From assembly GCA_951406725.2 (NCBI GenBank), contig OX597816.1:94116001-94180000 (forward strand): a stretch of 64,000 bases of DNA, read 5' to 3'. Shown piece after piece: positions 12,550 through 25,794 of this stretch. This DNA is from Octopus vulgaris (taxonomy: Eukaryota). The notes beneath the pieces are model-generated. The model did not search any database. It was given only the letters and a program-made list of their open reading frames with translations, and had not been told where the DNA came from. How positions within the stretch are numbered: position 1 is the stretch's first letter; every line of letters starts with the position of its first letter. The translations under genes and the position numbers were made by a program.

Positions 12550-12733
12550 TTACTTCATTACAAAAAACCATAATCATCAGATGAAACACAATTTTACAAA
12601 CAGAAGAATATACCAAGAATACGGAAGAAATTTCATAGTTAACCTCAACAGACTTCAGCCACATCCCTGCCATATTCTTGTTCTGCTTGTAATTTTGTTT
12701 CATCTGATGATTACAGTTTTTTGTAATGAAGTA
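12550..12733. repeat. Inverted repeat, ~60-bp arms and ~60-bp spacer
   Basis: ttacttcattacaaaaaaccataatcatcagatgaaac vs gtttcatctgatgattacagttttttgtaatgaagtaa. Confidence 0.85.
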
Positions 12734-12953
12734 ACTCAAGAGTTGAGAGTCTCATGCATGACACTGATTTATATATATTAGACGGTCTAATTGTTTAATA
12801 GTTATAACAAATTATAATGACTTAATTACTATGTAATATTGGTTTCCTGTGAAAGCTTTCAGACAAAAATGAAAGACTGTTTGTTTCAAACCTCAATACA
12901 AGTATTATAAATCAAACTGAAAACTACTTTAAAAACAATAAAATGTCACTAAC

Positions 12954-13059
12954 TTTCAAGATCGCACAGAGTTCTGCTAGTGTTTCCAAGTGATTAATAT
13001 GAATTATCAACGGACGGAATACATCATAAAGGTTGGTACATAACTTCTCAAGCATTTGG
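12954..13059 (-). CDS. COG3: COG3 exon 11 (QMLEKLC...[26 protein letters not shown])
   Basis: [22 protein letters not shown] motif; 106 nt. Confidence 0.95.
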
Positions 13060-13885
13060 CTACAAAACATCAGAGTTTAGTCAGAAAAAATTAATACATA
13101 ATATTTCATTTAGATATTAAAAAATTCACATTTTTGTTGTTGTTTAACCTCAACTCAATCATGAGTGCTTAGACCTATGATCAAAAGCATTCCAGCCAGG
13201 ACCTTTCCATCCTTATCACAAACACTATATATTATCAGGATTTAGATTATTCAATGTGATCCCCCTTTATCAAAATGACATGGTTGAACATGAAGAAGAT
13301 TTAGCTACTTTTTCAAATACATTGAAGAACCATGTGGAAAATCTCTATTATTAGTGCACCTATACCAAAAATAGGAGTTATTTAAACATGGCCTTTAAAT
13401 GAATTATCAACTTCATCTCCATTTTTATTTGGGATTGTGAGGTAAGTTATGGAGACAGTATCAAATATAGTTATTTCTAATTAGTTTTTCATTTTAAAAA
13501 TGGCAGTTTAAAATCATAAAAAATAATTGCCTGTTAAAAACTGATGGAATAATTACCTCCTATATTTAACTATATCATACTGTACTTGCCACAAATGGCT
13601 ATACAGCAGACATTTTGTTGAAAGCATAAAACAATAAAATTCAAAAACATTTTAACTGTTTTTAAAGTGGGGAATATAGATTACAAGTCTTAAATTTTGG
13701 GACAGTATTATCACAATAAATATACATGGTTAGATACTCTATTCAATGCTTCTGTTGATAAACTGGCTATCTTCATATCATAAAGATAATTAAGTGCAAG
13801 AGACAGTGGTTAACCATTAATATAAAAACTTTACATTCACATCATAAGAATGATGTATGATATTATAATTTACCAGCTTACTTAC

Positions 13886-13977
13886 TCAAGTAATGGTGAT
13901 GGTTTTGAGAAAAAATTGAAATAAAGTTGGCTTTCATCTTCACACACGTGCACCATAAAAACACAACCACTGCGCAT
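13886..13977 (-). CDS. COG3: COG3 exon 10 (MRSGCVFMVHVCEDESQLYFNFFSKPSPLL-D)
   Basis: RSGC.FMVHVC.DE.QLY motif; 92 nt. Confidence 0.95.
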
Positions 13978-14797
13978 CTGTTAGAGACAAATGAAAGCAA
14001 AGTCAATTCGAAAGAATTCTTAATTAAAAAAGAAAATCTAATGAAATATACATTGAAACAAGTTTATGTAAAACATCAGCTTACATAGAATAATAACCTG
14101 AAAAAGAAAAAGCACAAATTGGTTGGTATGAAGAAGATCAGCTAGCACAAGGGTTCCCAACTTGGGGTACCTACACATTTTGGGGACATGAGATAGTATT
14201 TCAATGAGTGTGACAAACTATATATTTTATTAAAGTTACTTCCCAAAATAAAATTATTAACTAACTCTTATAAATAACATTATTCTATGAAGCATATCAA
14301 GAACTGAAGTTTTACATAATTAGGTACATTCTATATATGTGGAGTTAATCCTGATGAGATTATGACCCCAAAACTGTGTTCTCATTACACATGCAATGAC
14401 ATACTTGTGAGAATACATATTCATTTCTCTTTTGCCAATCAAGACAAAATTTAGAAATCACCTGAATTTACAAGTAGACCTGCAGATCACAATCAACAAG
14501 AGAGCTCCACAATTTGATAGTCATAAAATGAATGAACAGTAGGAACAAACAAGCCATTGATTTTTATATTTGCAATTGTGATTGATTTCACTGTCTAAAG
14601 TTTTTCCTAACTGCTCATTTTACAGTTGCATATTATGCACCATGTCAAAATCTTATCTTTTTCAGTTCACTTTGTTCACCCATAGTAGTTTATCTCTTGT
14701 CTTTTATTTGTTTCAGTCATTGGACTACAATGACTGAAAACAAGTAACAGATAAAACAAAAGGCATGATATTTCAGGCCTTTTGCAACAAAAGCAGT

Positions 14798-15045
14798 CAT
14801 CGTCGTCATCATTTAACATCCGCTTTCCATGCTAGCATAGGTTGGACAATTTGGCTGAGGTCTGGAGAACCAGATGGCTGCACCAGGCTCCAATCTGATC
14901 TGGCAGAGTTTCTACAGCTGGATGCCCTTCCTAATGCCAACCACTCCAAGAGTGTAGTGAGTGCTTTTTACGTGCCACCGGCACGAGGGCCAGTCAGGCG
15001 GTACAGGCAACAGCCATGCTCAAATGGTGCTTTTTATCTGCCAAG
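14798..15045 (-). mobile_element. RTE 3'-UTR-only copy (short retroposon); similar fragments at ~6425-6540, 11490-11712, 18320-18492 and 19370-19500
   Basis: catttaacatccgctttccatgctagcat...gatgcccttcctaatgccaaccact matches 118-260. Confidence 0.85.
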
Positions 15046-15286
15046 CATTAACAATATAAATGAAATGAAATAGCTAGATAGAAATCAAAACCAGGTTAGG
15101 GAATCAGTTCACTGGAAATTACCCAACTTTACTTGTTCATAAGTCTGAAAAGAAGAAAGAAATCTCAAAATTGAAATAATGTAGAAGGGGTTCAGCTTGG
15201 TATTAGAATAAAAGTCATACAACAGAATCTTGTTGGATGAAACAACTCAACTTCAAATGTTAAGTAAGTAAAACAATAGCACATAC

Positions 15287-15413
15287 CAGAGCGCAATGGT
15301 CTCGTTGATATCGTGCAGCAAGATCAGCAATTGTAGACTCAACACTAGGCCCAAGAAGTAGTTCTCGTTGGGAGAAATAGCACTGGTGACAATCATTTAA
15401 GATCTGAGCATAC
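15287..15413 (-). CDS. COG3: COG3 exon 9 (YAQILNDCHQCYFSQRELLLGPSV...RDHCAL)
   Basis: HQCY..QRELLLGPS and RDHCAL motifs; 127 nt. Confidence 0.95.
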
Positions 15414-16495
15414 CTACAGCATAAAATAAATCACAGAAATGTTGTTATAATTTCATAAGTATTAAGTAGGTAATAGCAATGAATAGATAATATGATAGAA
15501 GGGAATTATTATAAACTTTAGTAAATAAGACGACTGATTTGAAAGAATTACTGCTAAAAGCAGGCTAACTTTCACTACAGCTGTCAACTAAAGCATATGC
15601 TCAGACATGTGAAACTGAAGACATTTGAGGCAGAAGAATTAAGAGGGATTAAAATATACCATGGTATCCTAAAATAAACACCTTTAAGGAGGAAAAGAAT
15701 GGCTATAGAGAGAATACTTTCTGGAGTTAAGAGTAGTCCAAATGTAATCATGGTTACAGGACTTTCAAGAAAAAGCAGCCAAATCTCTCTCAAACCATTC
15801 CCTCCCATTTTAAAATGGGAAGGACACATGAGATAAAGCAGCCCTTGAAATATTGCTCATTACGAGAAACAGGTATGGTCACAATAGGAACACTTTCCAT
15901 CATAGGTTTGCTCAGTCGGGAATGACATGGAGCTGAACAACAACTTTCTAAAACCAAATCACTAAAGGAAATATAATTCAGGAAGGTTTTCTTGTTATGC
16001 AAAAAAAGGGGTTTGGTTTTTGATTATCCTTCATACCAGAACATAACTTGTTTATCAAATCTTTGCGATAATAACAAAAAATATGAGTTAAGTAAGCTAA
16101 GGATAAAAAGGCCAAGAGCTTAACAAATATTTTCCTTCCTAGCAAGCGAAGAGGATCAAATGAAACATGGCCTGTTAGACATGAAATCTTTATTTACAAG
16201 AAAGGTCAAGTTCTAGCAAAACAGAAAAAGCAACTATGATAGTTACCAATGTCATAGGTCAAAATAAGAAGGAAGGATGAAGAAAACAGTAGCATGACAT
16301 GGGAGAAAGCAAAGATAGACAAAATAAGAGTTAGGGGTCAAAATAGTTAGATAAGGCCTAGTAATATTGTAACTCACTGATGTGAGAGTGTATGACTAAG
16401 ATGCATGGAGACAAGTAGTATTAGTACTAGAAATGCTAACATAAGAAAACAGATATAATAACATTGATAGTGGCGTTTCAAGAAAATCATAAATT

Positions 16496-16708
16496 TAACC
16501 CTTAAACATTCAGATTACTCTGTCAAATGTAGTGCTAATTTATTCACATTGTTTTGAATTAATCATGCATTATCTTATTGCTGTGATTTGGTTATTTTTA
16601 CAATGACATTGTAGGGTCGGTGTGAGATGTAGGATCTGGTCAGTTTGAACACAAAAGAGGGAGAATATTTTGGCTGGATATGGCTTGTTTAAATGCTAAA
16701 CTGTTAAA
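16496..16708. mobile_element. ~215-bp MITE with TIR (TTAA)CCCTTTAGCATT, piggyBac-like; other copies at 11327-11757, 18215-18541, 18628-19625 and 25271-25499
   Basis: Five homologous copies bounded by ttaacc(c)tttagcatt ... aatgctaaagggttaa. Confidence 0.75.
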
Positions 16709-16901
16709 GAGTTATCCCTATATGTACTATGACAAAAAATAAATGTCAAAAAATACCATCTAATATCAAAATATTCAATTTTATTAGTAAATAACTTCAT
16801 GTTGTGCATGTTGACTGCTACTGTTCTTATTTTTTCCTTCATTAAAATTATCAAAATTAAAAACATTTTAATATATACATCAAAAAGAAATGTTTACTAA
16901 C

Positions 16902-17020
16902 TCTACAGATTTATTAGTTCTTTGTTCCAGTTGCTCCATCAAAGCATGAACTCGGGGTGCATTTGTGCGGAATTTCCCATAAAAGAGTGTAAATGCATCA
17001 TCACCTGCATTTGGTGTATC
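16902..17020 (-). CDS. COG3: COG3 exon 8 (DTPNAGDDAFTLFYGKFR...RTNKSV-E)
   Basis: AFTLFY.KFR motif; 119 nt; GTTAGT donor, phase 2 matches the next exon. Confidence 0.9.
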
Positions 17021-17963
17021 CTAGAAAAGAAAATAACATTGGTATAATTGTATTAAAGTACTACTGAGAAAAAAGGTCAATTTAGTTTCAGTTTCTTTAA
17101 TGACACAGATTAAACTAAAGTTGAAATCCACTTCAAACATTATTATTATTATTATGATGATGATGATGATGATGATGATTACTGGCAACCTCGTTGAGCT
17201 TGCTTGGTGAGGAGGGTGATTGTTGGACACCCTGCAGGATGAAAAATAAGACCCGTCAAAGGGCGGAAGAACTACTGTGTAGTCAACAGCCAATTCAACA
17301 AGTACCATGTCATGGTCAAGTACCTGTGTGCTCCATTGACCTGGAGAGCTATGCTGGAGGGAGAGAAATCTTCAGGCAGGTCTTACCAGGCCAGATAGGT
17401 CGAAGGGTAGAAGACAGACAAAACATAAATGGCAATAAATCAAAGCGTCAGCAGCAGGGTGTGGACTTAGTTAATGGCAGGACCTAACAGATCAGATTTC
17501 TGGCTTTGAACTAGCAGGATCTCATGCAGAGGATCTTGAATACAAGACAATGGATGAGACCCTAATATTCCTAGTTAGATAGAAACTGTGGGACTACATG
17601 GAGCAGCACTCTGTGACTCCTATAGTATGCGCAACCGAAACCCCTATTGGGGCATCTTATGGGATGACCCAGATGAGATGAGATACTATATTTTAAAAGG
17701 ATTGATGGAAATCTTCACAAAGGTAAATAGACAAGACGAAGAGTGCAATGCAATAGCAATAGATATTTCAAAATATCGTTCAACCAATAAAATATCTATT
17801 TCTAGCCATATCAGAACAATTACCCCACTAGGACAATTCCCTCCTACGACAACTACTCCCTATATTATTATTATTATTATCATTATTATTATTAACAATA
17901 GCAATTTAATATATCATATATGATTAAACAATATCATCAACAGAAAGAGTTCAATATACTCAC

Positions 17964-18092
17964 CTTTTTAGGTAAAACTTGCTGTGTTGCATTTTGCAGG
18001 ACTGTGATCACATGGCTTTTTATGAGGGTCAGTGCTCGGGATAAACATTGCTTGAATCGTGCCAAATACACTTGAGATTCTCGGTAACGAGA
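17964..18092 (-). CDS. COG3: COG3 exon 7 (SRYRESQVYLARFKQCLSRAL...QVLPKK)
   Basis: YL..FKQCLS.AL motif; 129 nt; ccag/GTGAG. Confidence 0.93.
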
Positions 18093-18739
18093 CTGGAGAG
18101 ACATTTTGTAACATAAATAATAATCAAAAACACAGCAGATCAGTAGGTATAAAAATGGAGTTATAATTCAGACATTTATGCTTAGATTTAGCAAAATAAA
18201 AGAAACATTTGATACTTTAGCGTTCAGATTATTCTGTCATATGTAATGATAATTTATTCACATAATTTTGAATTAATTATACATTATCCCATATCTTTGA
18301 GATTTCAGTGATGTGAGACCTTGCTGGTAATGGTGCCATGTAAAAAGCACCCAGTCCAATCTGTAGAGTGGTCGGCATTAGGAAGAGCATCTGGCCATAA
18401 AAACCATGCCAAAACAGACAGTAGAGTGTAGTTCAGTTCTCTGGCTTGCCAGATCTTGTCAAGCCATCCAAACCACACCAGCATGGAAAACGGGTAGAAT
18501 ATTTGGGCCGGATATGGTCAGTATTAATGCTAAAGTGTTAAACAACAGAAGAGAAATATAAAAAATGAAAACATTTTCCACAATTTACATTTCATTAATA
18601 ACAACTTTCACTATTACCATTATCACCTTAACCATTTAGCATTTAAACTAGCCGTATCTGGCATAAATATTCTACTTGCTTTGTGTTCAGACTGTCCAAA
18701 TCCAGCCTCTCACACCTACCCTAATATTTATTATTATTA

Positions 18740-19350
18740 TTATAATCTTCCTCCTTCTCCTCCTCCAGTGTTTTAAATCCAAGTTTTGTCCCTGTTAACA
18801 GGGGTGGCCGCCATCTTGCCCAGTTTTGGGCATCCTCCTTTTTCAAACCAACCCTCCCAATCTCCTCCTCCGCCTGTCCCTTCCACCTTTTCCTCGGTCT
18901 ACCTTGCTTTTGCGCTCCATTTACCTCAAATACAATCACCCTCCTCAGAACATGCTCTTCATCCCTCCTCCACACATGCCCATACCACCTCACTCCATTC
19001 GCCCTTGCCAACCATTCCACTGATTCCTCCAACCCCAGCATTCCCATCAAATCCTCAGTCCTCCTCTTATCAAACAGCTTCACTCCACGCATTTCTCTCC
19101 CAAAATTGCCATCTCTCTCTCCATCAGATACTATGTCTCACTCCCATACAGCATTGCAGCTCTTACACAACTCTTATAGACCCTTCCTTTCATGTTTAAT
19201 GAGAACCTTTCTGCATATAACAATGCTTTACATTCGCTGAACTTCACCCAGCCAAGTCTCACTCTTGCTGTCACAGCTGCTTCACATCCATCACTTACAT
19301 CCACCCTATCTCCCAAATATCAAAAGCCTCCCACCATTTCCACCTCATCA
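18740..19350 (-). mobile_element. Divergent RTE C-terminal fragment nested in a MITE
   Basis: GCEAAVTARVRLGW, KGRVYKSCVRAAMLYGSET, VRWYGHVWRR...GRPRKRW. Confidence 0.85.
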
Positions 19351-19703
19351 CATAGCGTTTCCACTGGTTCATCATTTAACATCCGTTTTCCATGCTGGCA
19401 TGGGGAGTATGGTTTGACAGGTGCTATCCAGCTGTAGAGCTGCCCAGACTCCATTGTCTGTTTTGGGATGGTTTCTACAGCTGGATGCCCTTCCTAACAT
19501 CATTCACAAATTAAACAATCACATCAATGAAATCTCAAAGCTACGAAATAATAGATGATTAATTCAAAACAACTTGAATAAATAAGTATTGTGTTTGACA
19601 GAGTAATCTGAATGCTAAAGAGTTACGTATTTCTAAAGGGATTGCATTCACTGCACTCTAGGCAATGAATGCTCAAAACTCAAAAAATAAGTTAACTACT
19701 CAC

Positions 19704-19796
19704 ATTACTTGCAATATATAATATGCATTCATCCAGCCGTGCCAACATGTGTACAAAGGAGTCATTGGTGACTGCAAAGAGCGGGGAACCAAGTTT
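19704..19796 (-). CDS. COG3: COG3 exon 6 (KLGSPLFAV...LARLDECILYIASN)
   Basis: ML.RLD.CI.YI motif; 93 nt; cag/GTGAG. Confidence 0.93.
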
Positions 19797-19909
19797 CTGA
19801 AAAGAAATCAATAGGAAATAAGCTTCAGCATTATGGAATTCCATATCATGGCAAGATTTTCAGGAACATGATGCTTCTGTAATATAAGGGTTTGAATGTT
19901 TGTGTGTGT

Positions 19910-19956
<47 letters not shown>

Positions 19957-20793
19957 ACATGTGCATATGTGTGTATGTGCACACATGTGCACATGAGTTC
20001 ATATAAAGAAGCTATGATGTTACTCCCAAAACAGCTGTCGGACCTGTAACACCATGCATTTATATATATATATATACACACACACATATACTATTAATTA
20101 ATGTATGTACCAGTAGGGGCATGTGGCTTAGTGGTTAGGGTGTTGCCTGCATGATCATAAGATTGGTTTCAATTCCTAGACCAGGCAATGCATTGTGTTC
20201 TAGAGCAAAACACTTCATTTCACAAAAACAAGTAATCCTACAATGGGTTGGCATCCTGACCAGGGTAGGGGGTTATATATACCACAGAATCTAGGAAACA
20301 AGTCTTATGAGCCAATTCCTCAAAAATGGCATTTGATCCTTTTTGGATATACAAGCACAGTATGGTTAAAAAAGTTCATTTCACAATCATAAGGTCCCAG
20401 GTACAAACCAACTGTATAGCATCTTGGGCAATTATCATTTTCTATAGCCTCAGATCAACCCATACATTCTGAGTAAAACTGAGAAAATGGAAACTATAAA
20501 AGCTCATCTGACAGAGAGTGCCGGTAATTCAAAGGTACAGTTTTTTCACACACTATATCACATTGATTCTGCTTGAGAATTACATTAACGGTACACTTCT
20601 CTTTGGAACATCCAACCATTTACAGGCTAATTAAATGAGCTGGTAATACAGCTGATCAAAACTGACAGAGGACCACTCATATATATGTATATGGATGATT
20701 GTATATCTGTATGTACTGATACAGATACCTGGTATTTCATTACTGTTAAGTTGTACCAAATTACAAATTTTATTCATAATCATGATCATATAC

Positions 20794-21026
20794 CTATTTC
20801 TTTATTACCCACAAGGGGCTAAACATAGAGGGGACAAACATGGACAGACATAGGTATAAAGTCGATTATATCGACCCCAGTGCGTAACTGGTACTTAATT
20901 TATCGACCCCGAAAGGATGAAAGGCAAAGTCGACCTCGGCGGAATTTGAACTCACAACGTAACGGCAGCCGAAATACCGCAAAGCATTTCGCCCGACGTG
21001 TTAACGATTCTGCCAGCTCACCGCCT
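20794..21026 (-). mobile_element. SINE family A (ggcggtgagctggcagaa...gaggtcgactttgcctttcatcctttcggggtcgataaa)
   Basis: Same ~210-230-bp unit at 28856-29056(-), 32625-32812(-), 34138-34353(+), 38229-38405(+), 39369-39520(+), 41660-41830(-), 42938-43155(+), 45267-45420(+), 53412-53625(+); B-box-like gagttcaaattcc. Confidence 0.85.
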
Positions 21027-21824
21027 GATCATATACCATCCACTTTCCATGATGATATGGGTAGGACGGTTTAACAGGAAACTAACAAGCTACAGGCTTG
21101 TGTCAAACACTATTGGCCTTTTTTGGTATGGTTTCTATGGCTTGATGTCCTCTCCAACGCCAACCACTTTACAACGCAGACTTTGTGCTTTTATCTTTGT
21201 GCTTGGGTGCTTTCTTTCATGCTCCTGGCACAAATGAGGTTACCATGAAAGTTGCAAGACAGAAAAGAACAGAGAAGAAGAGAGGGAAAAAGCTCACTCT
21301 ACTGAGAAGTATTTATAAGGGGAAGGTGGAGATGAGCAGCTGAAGAAGGTGGAGTGGCTGAAAGAGAAAGTGCACCTGCACTTGTTAACAATTATCAATA
21401 TTCATATATTCATGGATCTTCAGATAAATTACTATGTGTATCTCTGTTTAATATTATTTTGTCAAACACAGAACATTCTAATGGACTGGGCATAACTTCT
21501 TAGCATAATCTTTAAGGGTAACTTTATCACAGTGTAAAAAGTGCTTGCAAGGGAGATAAATCTTATACGAATACTAAAATTAGTCTTGTCCATCCATCCA
21601 TCCATCTATAAATACATATTTATACATAGATCACTGATGAAATTTCTTCTTTAAAAATAAAAAGTAAAAACTTTTCTGCTTCCAAGTCACATTCAATTAT
21701 AAGTGACTGTTGATTGACTGACTGATTGATTATGGCAGTCAGGTGCGCGCGCATGCACACACATTCACTCACACACACACATACACCATCATCGTCATTG
21801 TCATCGTCATCATAGCTTTCATGT

Positions 21825-22992
21825 GTGGCAGATGCACAGGGGCAATAAACACCACAGATGCTCAAAAAACACATTCCAGGTGGAGAAACTAGTAGCTGAT
21901 AGCTTCCACTACTTAGGTGACCAAGTTAGTAGTGGAGGTGGATGCTCAGAGAGTGTTACCACTAGAATAAGAATAGCCTGGGCAAAGTTTAGAAAGCTTC
22001 TACCCCTACTGGTGACAAAAGGGCCTCTCGCCCAGAGTGAAAGGTAGATTGTATGATGCATGTGTGCAAACTGCCATGCTTCACAGCAGTGAAACATGGG
22101 CCATGGCTGCTGAGGACATGCATAGGCTCAAAAGAAATGAAACCAGCATGATCCGCTGGATGTGTAATGTCAGTGTGCACACACGACAGAGTGTAAGCAC
22201 TCTGAAAGAAATGTTGGACATAAGAAGCATCAGATGCGGCATGCAAGAGAGACGTTTGCGCAGGTATGGTCATGTACTATAGATGGATGAGGAGAGCTGT
22301 GTGAAGAAGTGCCACTCCTAAACAGTTGAAAGAATCCAGGGTAGAGGTAGACCCAGGAAAACATGGGATGAGATGGTGAAGCATGACCATCGAACGTTGG
22401 GCCTCACAGAGGCAATGACAAAAGACCAACACTTCTGGAGATATGTCGTGACTGCAAAGACCCAGCAAATAAAGTGAGTTCATGGCTGTATCCTACACCA
22501 GTTTTGCATAACCAGTCCCAGCCCATTCAAAAGTACCTGGGATTCTAGGGCGACATGCTGTGCTTGAGGAGACCTATTGAGGAGTCAAGTACATCAGCAT
22601 CAAAATGAAAATCAAATGGAAATTGTAGTCGTGATCCCTGTGCCAGTGGTACGTAAAAAGCACCATCTGAACGTAGCCAATGCCAGCGCCACCTTGACTG
22701 GCTTCTGTGCCAGTGACACATATAAAGCATCAATCGATCATGGCTGTTGCTAGCCTCCTCTGGCCCCTGTGCCGGTGGCATGTAAAAAGCACCAACTACA
22801 CTCATGGAATGGTTGGTGTTAGGAAGGGCATCCAGCTGTAGAAACACTGCCAGATCAGACTGGAGCTTGGTGCAGGTGCAGCCTCCTGGCTACCCAGACC
22901 CCAGTCAAACCATCCAACCCATGCTAGCATGGAAAACGGACGTTAAACAATGATGATGATAATGATGATGATGATAATGATGATGATGATGA
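21825..22992 (+). mobile_element. Older RTE 3' fragment (C-terminal ORF, 3' UTR, (GAT)n tail), same family as 101-3583
   Basis: DSFHYLGDQVSSGGGCSESVTTRIRIAW...QERRLRRYGHV with stops; shared UTR units. Confidence 0.92.
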
Positions 22993-23029
22993 TATAACAT
23001 AATTGAAAGAATTAAATTATTATTCTTAC

Positions 23030-23104
23030 ACTTGATATTCTTTCTAATTCATTGAAATACGATAGTTTATTACTGATATTTTCTGCAGTGTTCATCAGAC
23101 TCGA
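23030..23104 (-). CDS. COG3: COG3 exon 5 (SSLMNTAENISNKLSYFNELERISS)
   Basis: KLSYFNELE motif; 75 nt; cag/GTAAG. Confidence 0.93.
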
Positions 23105-24342
23105 CTGAAATGAAACAAAAAGTAAAATAAATTGTAATGATATTAGTTTTATAGAGAAATAACATTATTTTAACATGAAACAACAACAGCAGCAACTTTC
23201 TCCATCAATATTTAACATTCATCTTCCTTGCTGGCATAAGTTAGACAGCTTGACAGAATTTGATGAGCCAGTGGACTGTGTCAAACTCCAGTTTCTGTTC
23301 TGGCATGGTTACTGTGCCCATATGCCCTTCTTAACACCAACCACTATTAGTATTAGCATGAATAAACCCCTCTTCTCTCTCTCACACACACACACACACA
23401 TAAGCTGTGCTGTTAAGAAGCTTGCTTTTCAACTACATAGTTTTGGATTCAATTCCACAGCATGGGAATTGGGCAAGTTGCTTAGACTATAGCTCCCAAG
23501 CTGACTAAAGACTTGTGTGGATTTAGTAGACAGAAACTGAGAGAAGCCCATCAGATATGTATAGATATGTCTGTATGCATGGGCATGTGTTTGTTAGCAT
23601 GTGTCCTTGTTTTCACAGCATGCAATAGCTGTGAATGAGCCCTCATACAAGCAGTACATTGCTTGGAATCCGGTAGAGTTAGCAATACAAAGTACATCTT
23701 GCCACAGAAGAATTATCTTATAAGAATTCCATATGACCCATGCAAGTATGGAAAAATGATGCTGGTGATCATAACAATGACACACATACACATATATATC
23801 TATCTATATAGATACAGGGTGGCCCAATATTAGGTTTACAGTTATCCAACTATCTCTTTCACATTCATATATTAACAGTATAGATCTTAATTATAAAAAT
23901 ATATGAAACCATTATTCTATGCTAATTTAGTTAATTGTAAGATAGAAATTTAAATGTAATAAAATGTTTTTAAAAAAATTAAAGTACCAATTTGATAAGC
24001 CAAACTATTTACTGTTATAGCCTCATGCATTATTTTCATGATAAAAGATTATGTAATTATCTTTAACTGAAGAAAATTAAATCTACTAAAAAAGTTATTA
24101 GGATCACTAATATATTAACAAAAACATTTTTCACCACAAAAATTTGAATAAACACATCCATCTCTACTCCACTTCATATGATACAAAATATTTTATTTCG
24201 GGTATATTTTTGGCCTGCATTTTGTTTTACTAGCAGAGGCACAGTTTGGACACTTAACAACAATGAGAGCAGTTAAGTATAGCAACTTGACCCCACAGCT
24301 GTTGTTCAACTAAAATTCAAGCAAACAAGAGTATATCTTTAC

Positions 24343-24508
24343 CTGTTCTGCAAGTAAATGTTCACAGGCATCATGAAGTGCATTAGTTTTGAAAGATACT
24401 AAGTTATATTGATGTTGTAAATTATTAAGGTAGTCAAGGGAGTCAGTGACTTCTTGTAACACATCACAGCACTGCTTTCTATAATTCTCAAGTTCTCTTA
24501 TATAATTC
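24343..24508 (-). CDS. COG3: COG3 exon 4 (NYIRELENY...VSFKTNALHDACEHLLAEQ)
   Basis: Sec34-type motif QY..VS.KT..LH.ACE.LL.EQ; 166 nt; phase 2/0. Confidence 0.95.
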
Positions 24509-24712
24509 CTGAAATAAAATGTTGAAAGCAACAGTAAATCTAAAGAGAAATAAGTAATAACTATTCAAGGGATAAACGTTACTACAATTATTCTATACAA
24601 CTAATAAAAATATTATTTTTATTAAATGTTAAGTTGTTGTTATTACTTTCAAGACAATTTAAGAATAATAGCAAAACATTTACAAACAGTCTGAGATAGT
24701 GTGCTGAAACAA

Positions 24713-24964
24713 AAACAATTGCAGCGTGGAAAAACACACAAAAAATATTAGATTCACTTCAACATTTAAATTTAATTTGTCAAAATATTTTCATCACTTT
24801 GAAATCACAACCTGTTCACTGACAAAATTCTGTGCTGCACGGAATTTTGTCAGTGAACAGGTCACAGTTTCAAAGCACAAATTAAATTTAAATGTTGAAG
24901 TGAATCTAATGGTTTTTATGTGTTTTTAAATGGCTTATAAACACCTTCCATGCTGCAATTATTT
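24713..24964. repeat. Near-perfect palindrome/foldback of ~250 bp
   Basis: cctgttcactgacaaaattc-tgtgctgcacg-gaattttgtcagtgaacagg core; outer arms attagattcacttcaacatttaaatttaatttgt / acaaattaaatttaaatgttgaagtgaatctaat. Confidence 0.9.
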
Positions 24965-25270
24965 ACAAATGGAGTCTCTCAATATTGCAAATAAAATTAA
25001 ATTTATTGTAAAGTTTGTGTTGACTGGGACTTCAGATTTTGTCTAACAGCTTATTCAACTTCTGGTTGTATAAACCACTGTGTGAAATATTACTTTTATT
25101 AATAATTCTAGTTTGTTATTGATTGTTATGTCCTTACCCTTCCCATACTTGGTTACTCCAACAACTTGTTCTATGTTTGATATCATCATTTCCCTTTTGA
25201 GGAGTGAGTGTAAAGAATAGCAGTTATCTATGCATGCAAGTCTCCTCTCCTCATATCATCAATGATATTT

Positions 25271-25499
25271 TAGCCCTTTAGCATTCAGATTATTCTGTCA
25301 AGCATAATGTTTATTTATTCAAATTGGTTTGAATTAATCATGCATTAGCTTACTACTTCTAGATTTCAAGGATGTGATAGTATATTTTTAAAATGACATT
25401 TTATGGTAGGTGTGAGAGGCCAAATTTGGTCAGTTTCAACATAAAATAATGTGGAAATATTTGGGCCTGATTTGGCCAAATTAAATGCTAAAGAATTAA
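25271..25499. mobile_element. Uninterrupted copy of the TTAA-CCCTTTAGCATT MITE
   Basis: ccctttagcattcagattattctgtca...aaatgctaaagaattaa; collinear with 16496-16708. Confidence 0.75.
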
Positions 25500-25732
25500 A
25501 GATCTATAAATTTGAAGACCCATTTAAAGTACATTATCTTCACTAATTGAAAAGTTATTTCTGGAAACCCCTACTGATTGATGTGTTTCAAGCAGATGTT
25601 GATTTGCAACAATTTAAGAGGAACATTAACAGTGTTAATCTCATTGGCCTTGAAGAGTACTGCCTTACCCTTCAATAAATATAAATAAAAGCAGATATTA
25701 ATATCAATGTGAAAAAAAGAACATAAACATAC

Positions 25733-25794
25733 CTATATGGCACTTCTTCTTCTTTAGATATATTTTCTTCAATACTTGCAAACCAGGAGAAAAA
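25733..25794 (-). CDS. COG3: COG3 exon 3 (FFSWFASIEENISKEEEVPY-R)
   Basis: FFSWF motif; 62 nt; AG/GT boundaries; phase 0/2. Confidence 0.92.
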
